A stretch of 64,000 nt of DNA. It comes from Nanobdellota archaeon (GTDB lineage Archaea > Nanobdellota > Nanobdellia > Pacearchaeales > GW2011-AR1). The position numbers and the translations under genes were made by a program. The stretch lies in assembly GCA_020053375.1 (NCBI GenBank), contig JAGVNG010000008.1:1587-65586 (forward strand), in the 5' to 3' direction. Numbering within the stretch: the stretch's first letter is position 1; each line of letters begins with the position of its first letter. Below the pieces are notes generated by a model, which was not told where the DNA came from, did not search any database, and saw only the letters and a program-made list of their open reading frames with translations. Positions 59,581-64,000 of the stretch are shown in pieces.

Positions 59581-60192
59581 ATGACATTCACTCTTCCTCT
59601 TTTGAATTATGCATACAATTCTCTTGAGCCTTACATAGATGCGCAGACAATGAAGATTCACCACACAAAGCATCATCAGGCATATATCGACAAATTAAAT
59701 GCAACCTTGGAAAAATATCCAAAACTCCAAAAAGAGTCTGCAGAGGATTTGTTAAAAAACCTAAACTCTATTGATGAAGATGTGAGAATCGCGGTGAGAA
59801 ATCACGGAGGAGGACATGTCAATCATTCCTTCTTTTGGAAAATTCTCAAGGTAGAAGTTGAACCAACAGGAGAAGTTATAAAAGCTATCAATAAAAAGTT
59901 CGGAAATTTCAACAGCTTCAAGGAAAAATTCAGGGATGCATGTCTTACACTTTTCGGAAGTGGATGGGTATGGCTTGCTGTAAACAAGAAGAAGGATTTG
60001 GAAATAATCAAATCTCCAAACCAGGACAATCCTTTATCCGACGGAAAAACTCCTGTGCTGGGAATTGACTTGTGGGAACATGCTTATTATCTTAAGTACC
60101 AGAATAAAAGAGCAGATTATGTCGAAGCATTTTTTAATGTGATAGATTGGGAAAAAGTAAATGAGAATTATGTTAATTCTTCTGGGGCTTAA
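59581..60192 (+). CDS. sod: Fe/Mn superoxide dismutase
   Basis: [28 protein letters not shown]..., DLWEHAYY. Confidence 0.9.
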   Translation: [203 protein letters not shown]

Positions 60193-60231
60193 GTTTTAAA
60201 AGTTCTGTTGGCTTAATAGAATAATATAAAA

Positions 60232-61959
60232 ATGAAGTATTCAAAGCTCTGTGAGTTATACGACAATATTTCAGGAACACCAAAGCGTCTTGAAAAGACA
60301 GACATACTTGCGAAATTCCTGAAAGAGCTTGCGGATTCGGACAAGGAAGCATTATATCTTCTTCTGGGAGAAATTTATGCCGATTATGATGAAAAGAGAA
60401 TTGGCATAAGCAATCAGCTAGTGATTAAGGCAATTGCAAAATCAACAGGGACTCCCAATGAAAAAGTGGTTCATGAATGGAAGGTAATCGGGGACCTTGG
60501 AAAAGTTGCTGAAAAACTTGTTTCTAAGAAAAAGCAATCAACTCTTTCATCGCATTCCGAAGTTACTGTCCAAAAGGTTCTTGAGAATTTGAGAAAACTG
60601 CCTGACTTAGAAGGTAAGGGAACAGTGGAAAAGAAAATCTCTCTGATAACCGAACTCCTGTCGTCTGCCTCGCCAAAAGAGGCATTGTACATAATTAGAA
60701 CACTTCTTTCTGACTTGAGAATAGGAATAAAGGAAAGCACCATCAGAGACGCGCTCGCGAAAGCATTTTTCAAGGAAAGTAAAAAAGACGCAATAAGAGA
60801 AATACAGGATGCCATAGACAAATCAAATGACATAGTTGAAGTTTTTGAGATGACTAAAAAAGGAAAGCTAAAGGACTTAAAGAAAGTGCACCTTGAAATT
60901 GGGAAACCCATCAAAGTCATGCTTGCCCAAAAAGCAAAAAACATCAAAGAAGCTTTTGAGGCTGTTGGAAAGCCATGCGCAATTGAATACAAGTATGACG
61001 GATTCAGAATGCTGATTCACAAGAAGGGCAATGAGGTAATCCTATTCACCAGAAGACTGGAAAATGTAACAAAGCAGTTTCCAGAGGTTATTGATTATGT
61101 AAAAAAATATGCCCGGGGAGATTCATTTATTCTTGATTCAGAGGCAGTTGGCTTTAACAGGCAAACAAAACAATACACTTCTTTCCAGAACATAAGCCAG
61201 AGAATAAGAAGAAAATATGATATAGAAAAACTGCAAGACGAGCTTCCAGTAGAGGTAAATGTTTTTGACATTCTTTATTATAATGGTGAGGCTCTTCTTG
61301 ACAAGCCTTTTAAGGAAAGAACAGAATTAATTAGGAAGATAGTGAAAAGTTCTCCTTACAAAATAATTCATGCAAAGCAGATAATAACCTCTGATGAAAA
61401 AAAAGCTAATGAGTTCTACAAGCAGGCATTAAAAGATAACCAAGAGGGAGTTATGTTCAAGAATCTCACTGCTATTTACCAGCCAGGAAAAAGAGTTGGA
61501 CATATGCTTAAAATAAAACCCGAAGGCAGAGACTTGGATTTGGTTATTACAGGAGCAGAATATGGAACAGGAAAGCGTTCAGGATGGTTTTCAAGTTTCA
61601 TCTTGTCATGCAAGGATGAAAAAACAGGAAAATATCTTGAGATAGGAAAAATGGGAACAGGGGTGAAGGAAAAATCCACAGCGCAGTCTGGGATAGGAAT
61701 ATCATTTAATGAACTTACTGAAAAACTCAAGCCATTAATCACAAAAGAGTCTGGAAAGACGGTTGAAATAAAACCAAAAATAGTTGTTGCAATAACATAT
61801 CAGGAAATCCAGCCTTCTCCAAATTACAATTCAGGCTTTGCATTGAGATTCCCCCGGTTCACTGCATTGCGTCCAGATAAAAGTCCTAGTGACGCCAATA
61901 CATTAGATAACGTCAAGAAGGATTTTGGAAGGCAGAAAAGAAACTGGCGATATGGCTAA
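60232..61959 (+). CDS. lig: ATP-dependent DNA ligase
   Basis: KYDGFRM (KxDG adenylation motif), EGVMFK, DLVITGAEYG. Confidence 0.85.
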   Translation: MKYSKLCELYDNISGTPKRLEKTDILAKFLKELADSDKEALYLLLGEIYADYDEKRIGISNQLVIKAIAKSTGTPNEKVVHEWKVIGDLGKVAEKLVSKKKQSTLSSHSEVTVQKVLENLRKLPDLEGKGTVEKKISLITELLSSASPKEALYIIRTLLSDLRIGIKESTIRDALAKAFFKESKKDAIREIQDAIDKSNDIVEVFEMTKKGKLKDLKKVHLEIGKPIKVMLAQKAKNIKEAFEAVGKPCAIEYKYDGFRMLIHKKGNEVILFTRRLENVTKQFPEVIDYVKKYARGDSFILDSEAVGFNRQTKQYTSFQNISQRIRRKYDIEKLQDELPVEVNVFDILYYNGEALLDKPFKERTELIRKIVKSSPYKIIHAKQIITSDEKKANEFYKQALKDNQEGVMFKNLTAIYQPGKRVGHMLKIKPEGRDLDLVITGAEYGTGKRSGWFSSFILSCKDEKTGKYLEIGKMGTGVKEKSTAQSGIGISFNELTEKLKPLITKESGKTVEIKPKIVVAITYQEIQPSPNYNSGFALRFPRFTALRPDKSPSDANTLDNVKKDFGRQKRNWRYG

Positions 61960-62485
61960 TATTAAACCTGTCAAAATAATCCACAAAGGTTCCATCTTCG
62001 TCTAATATATTTCCTTTATGTTTGATAACCCCTTCAAAATAACGCTTATCTTTGAGCCATCCATACATTAATTCGTCTCCAGCATTCTTCGGAACAAGGG
62101 GTACGTCTCTTTCATCAATCCATAAAGGTGTTCCTTCATTGCCTTCCCCCTTTAGTTCGCCACTATAATTTTTGGCACTAAAAACATATACCAAAAAATC
62201 CGTAGGATTTTTCCAATTGGGAAAAATTCTTTCTTTATTGTCAAATAAAATAACTCCTCTTAGTTTAGGCTTAATCAAAATCAAACCTGTTTCCTCATTT
62301 GTTTCTCTTATTGCCGATTCCAATCTTCCATCAAGGTTATCCAAACCTTTTTCGTTACTATCTAATTTTCCACCAGGCAAGGCATACAACCCTGAATTAG
62401 GGTCATTTTCCCTTACTTTCTTTTTCATCATCAAAACTTTGTCTTCAGCAGAGAGGTAGGAAATTGTTGCATATTTCATTTCCAC
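61913..62485 (-). CDS. NUDIX hydrolase
   Basis: GGKLDSNEKGLDNLDGRLESAIRETNEETGL (Nudix box GX5EX7REUXEEXGU). Confidence 0.75.
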   Translation of the reverse strand: MEMKYATISYLSAEDKVLMMKKKVRENDPNSGLYALPGGKLDSNEKGLDNLDGRLESAIRETNEETGLILIKPKLRGVILFDNKERIFPNWKNPTDFLVYVFSAKNYSGELKGEGNEGTPLWIDERDVPLVPKNAGDELMYGWLKDKRYFEGVIKHKGNILDEDGTFVDYFDRFNISHIASFFSAFQNPS

Positions 62486-62500
62486 AAATAAAAACAGGGC

Positions 62501-63520
62501 TTAATAAAAATTTGTATACTTCTGTTCAACTTTTTTCCTTAATTTAAAAGCATTAGCCCACTTTGCATAAGCGTTCCATCCTTGGAGGATTTCCGCCATT
62601 TTACTGCCTGATATTTTTCCTCGATTAAATTTTCCCATTTTTCTTTCAATATTTTTTATATTCTTTTTTCTTAATAATTTATAATAATAGAAATTCCTGA
62701 AACCGACAAAATCAATTCCTCTTGATAATAAGATAATTCTTGACTTATCTGGGTGAAGTTCCAGTTTTAATTTTTCTTCTAAGAATTGACTTATTCGTTC
62801 TTTCAAATTTTCTAATTGTTCTTTTGAATTGTGCAAAATAACAAAATCATCAACATATCTTATGTAATGCTTAGCTTTAAGCAAGTGTTTGACAAAATAG
62901 TCAAGTTCATTAAGATAAACATTTGCAAAAAATTGGGATGTTAAATTCCCTAAGGGCATTCCCTTTCCAGAGGGATTGTCTGAAACATTATTATTCAAAA
63001 TTCTTTTAATAAGCCAGATTACTCCTTCATCTTTTATCCTTCTTTTTATTATATTAAGAAGGATTTTATGATTAACTTCCTGAAAATAATGCTTTATGTC
63101 TGCTTTAAGGCAATATCCAGAAGAAGCATGGTTTTTGGTAACTTTTCTTCTAAATCTTTCAAATCGCTTCAAAGCAAATAAATTTCCTCTGCCTTTTCTG
63201 TTTGCGCATGAATCATAGATGAATGTCCTATCAAAAATAGGCTCAATAACCCTTACCAATGCATGATGAACAACCCTATCTTTAAAATTAGATTTTGAGA
63301 TTTTTCTCGTTTTTGGGTCTCTCAAAATGAATGTTATCAGAGATTTTGGTTTATAATAAAAGTATTTCAGTTCATAGTGCAGTGCTTTTAAATTATCCCT
63401 CAAATTTTTTTCAAATTCAATGACGTAATCTTTTTTTGTTTTGCTCTTTCTTGCCTTTTGCCATGCAAGAATTAAATTTCTCATTGAATAAATTTTAGGA
63501 TAAAGATTATCAGTTTCCAT
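62501..63520 (-). CDS. diversity-generating retroelement (DGR) reverse transcriptase
   Basis: RT motifs: RKISKSNFKDRVVHHAL (1/2), CLKADIKHYF (3), GMPLGNLTSQFFANVYLNELD (4; LGNLTSQ is the DGR-type [ILV]GxxxSQ rather than QGxxxSP), YIRYVDDFVIL (5, YxDD), LELHPDKSRII (6/7), IDFVGF; compact 339 aa; TR immediately upstream. Confidence 0.85.
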   Translation of the reverse strand: METDNLYPKIYSMRNLILAWQKARKSKTKKDYVIEFEKNLRDNLKALHYELKYFYYKPKSLITFILRDPKTRKISKSNFKDRVVHHALVRVIEPIFDRTFIYDSCANRKGRGNLFALKRFERFRRKVTKNHASSGYCLKADIKHYFQEVNHKILLNIIKRRIKDEGVIWLIKRILNNNVSDNPSGKGMPLGNLTSQFFANVYLNELDYFVKHLLKAKHYIRYVDDFVILHNSKEQLENLKERISQFLEEKLKLELHPDKSRIILLSRGIDFVGFRNFYYYKLLRKKNIKNIERKMGKFNRGKISGSKMAEILQGWNAYAKWANAFKLRKKVEQKYTNFY

Positions 63521-63550
63521 ATTAGCATCAAAGTCCTGAAAATATGGGCT

Positions 63551-63676
63551 ATTCCGAGGTCAGAATTCCTGTTGGAAGGATTCCTGTTGCAGTTGAGGTT
63601 AGCCCTGTCAGAATTGGCATTGAACCTGGCAACTTTTAGCCAATTTACCAATTCAAAAACTTTAAAAGTTTTCACC
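63551..63676 (-). repeat. DGR template repeat (TR). Only 63551-63627 can be aligned inside the window; the upstream boundary is inferred
   Basis: 63554-63627 aligns to VR 63927-64000 with 14 mismatches, all at TR adenines on the minus strand; the in-frame translation is Asn(AAC/AAT)-rich (FNANSDRANLNCNRNPSNRN). Confidence 0.8.
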
Positions 63677-63698
63677 GAATCTGTCCGCGGACAGATTC
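63677..63698. promoter_or_regulatory. perfect 22-nt palindrome GAATCTGTCCGCGGACAGATTC between the target-gene stop and the TR
   Basis: Self-complementary over its full length; sits at the likely 5' boundary of the TR transcript. Confidence 0.4.
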
Positions 63699-63892
63699 TG
63701 TATTTTATGACTTAAAATAAATCTAAATAATGTTCTAGTAAATTGACGTGTAGTCCATATTTATCTCTCTTGCTTCAGCATTTTTCAATTGCTCATTTTA
63801 AAAGATGCTTAAAAGACACTTTCAGGACAAACCATCAAATGAATGGATGTTTAAAAATTTTGTGTTTGTTCTTATAAATGTTTCCAGCGAGC

Positions 63893-64000
63893 CTATCCTC
63901 GCTTACCCTCCATAACGCCAAAAACCCCGAGGCCAGAATCCCAGTCGGAAGGATCCCTGCTGCAGTCGAGGCCAGCCCTGCCAGAACAGGCATCGAACCC
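63893..64000 (-). CDS. 3' end of the DGR target gene (truncated by the window edge) containing the variable repeat (VR 63924-64000)
   Basis: Minus-strand frame reads ...GFDACSGRAGLDCSRDPSDWDSGLGVFGVMEGKRG-stop (TAG at 63893-63895), codon-for-codon parallel to the TR with N->D/C/G/S substitutions. Confidence 0.75.
   Translation of the reverse strand, partial: GFDACSGRAGLDCSRDPSDWDSGLGVFGVMEGKRG

Noticed and set aside
63481-63675. 64-aa ORF in the track (MKTFKVFELVNWLKVARFNANSDRANLNCNRNPSN…)
   Set aside because: It is the translation of the DGR template repeat running into the RT start. TR is a non-coding copy of the VR coding sequence, so an open frame there is expected and is not a gene.
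63990-64000. GGGTTCGATGCC resembling a tRNA T-loop at the window edge
   Set aside because: It is part of the DGR variable repeat (aligned to TR) and lacks the rest of a tRNA.

Overview
AT-rich (roughly 30-35% GC), gene-dense archaeal chromosomal segment. The gene content and small protein sizes suggest a DPANN-like or small-genome archaeon. Most genes are informational/housekeeping: RFC large subunit, FEN1, family-B DNA polymerase, CDC48, type IA topoisomerase, RadB, ATP-dependent DNA ligase, aRF1, ValRS, MetRS, MetAP2, TFS, RpoL, L15e, NAC, Sec61beta, SOD. Accessory material is interspersed: two inteins (a LAGLIDADG-containing one in the P-loop of a HerA-like ATPase, and a mini-intein directly after the GGQ motif of aRF1), two free-standing LAGLIDADG homing-endonuclease genes, several toxin-antitoxin modules (HEPN/MNT x3, AbiEii/AbiEi, RelE/RHH) partly bounded by repeat families, and two intron-containing tRNA genes, one (tRNA-Lys) flanked by repeats derived from its own 5' and 3' ends. 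The most notable feature is at the 3' edge of the window (62.5-64.0 kb, minus strand): a diversity-generating retroelement (DGR). It consists of a reverse transcriptase with the DGR-type LGNLTSQ motif, an adjacent template repeat (TR), and the matching variable repeat (VR) at the 3' end of a target gene that runs off the window. In the aligned TR/VR core, all 14 mismatches fall on TR adenines. Other unexplained signals are a GC-rich ~140-nt putative structured RNA, a GC-rich sequence module inserted in-frame into two unrelated housekeeping genes (NSUN methyltransferase and topoisomerase), and a conserved leader/uORF shared by two unrelated genes.
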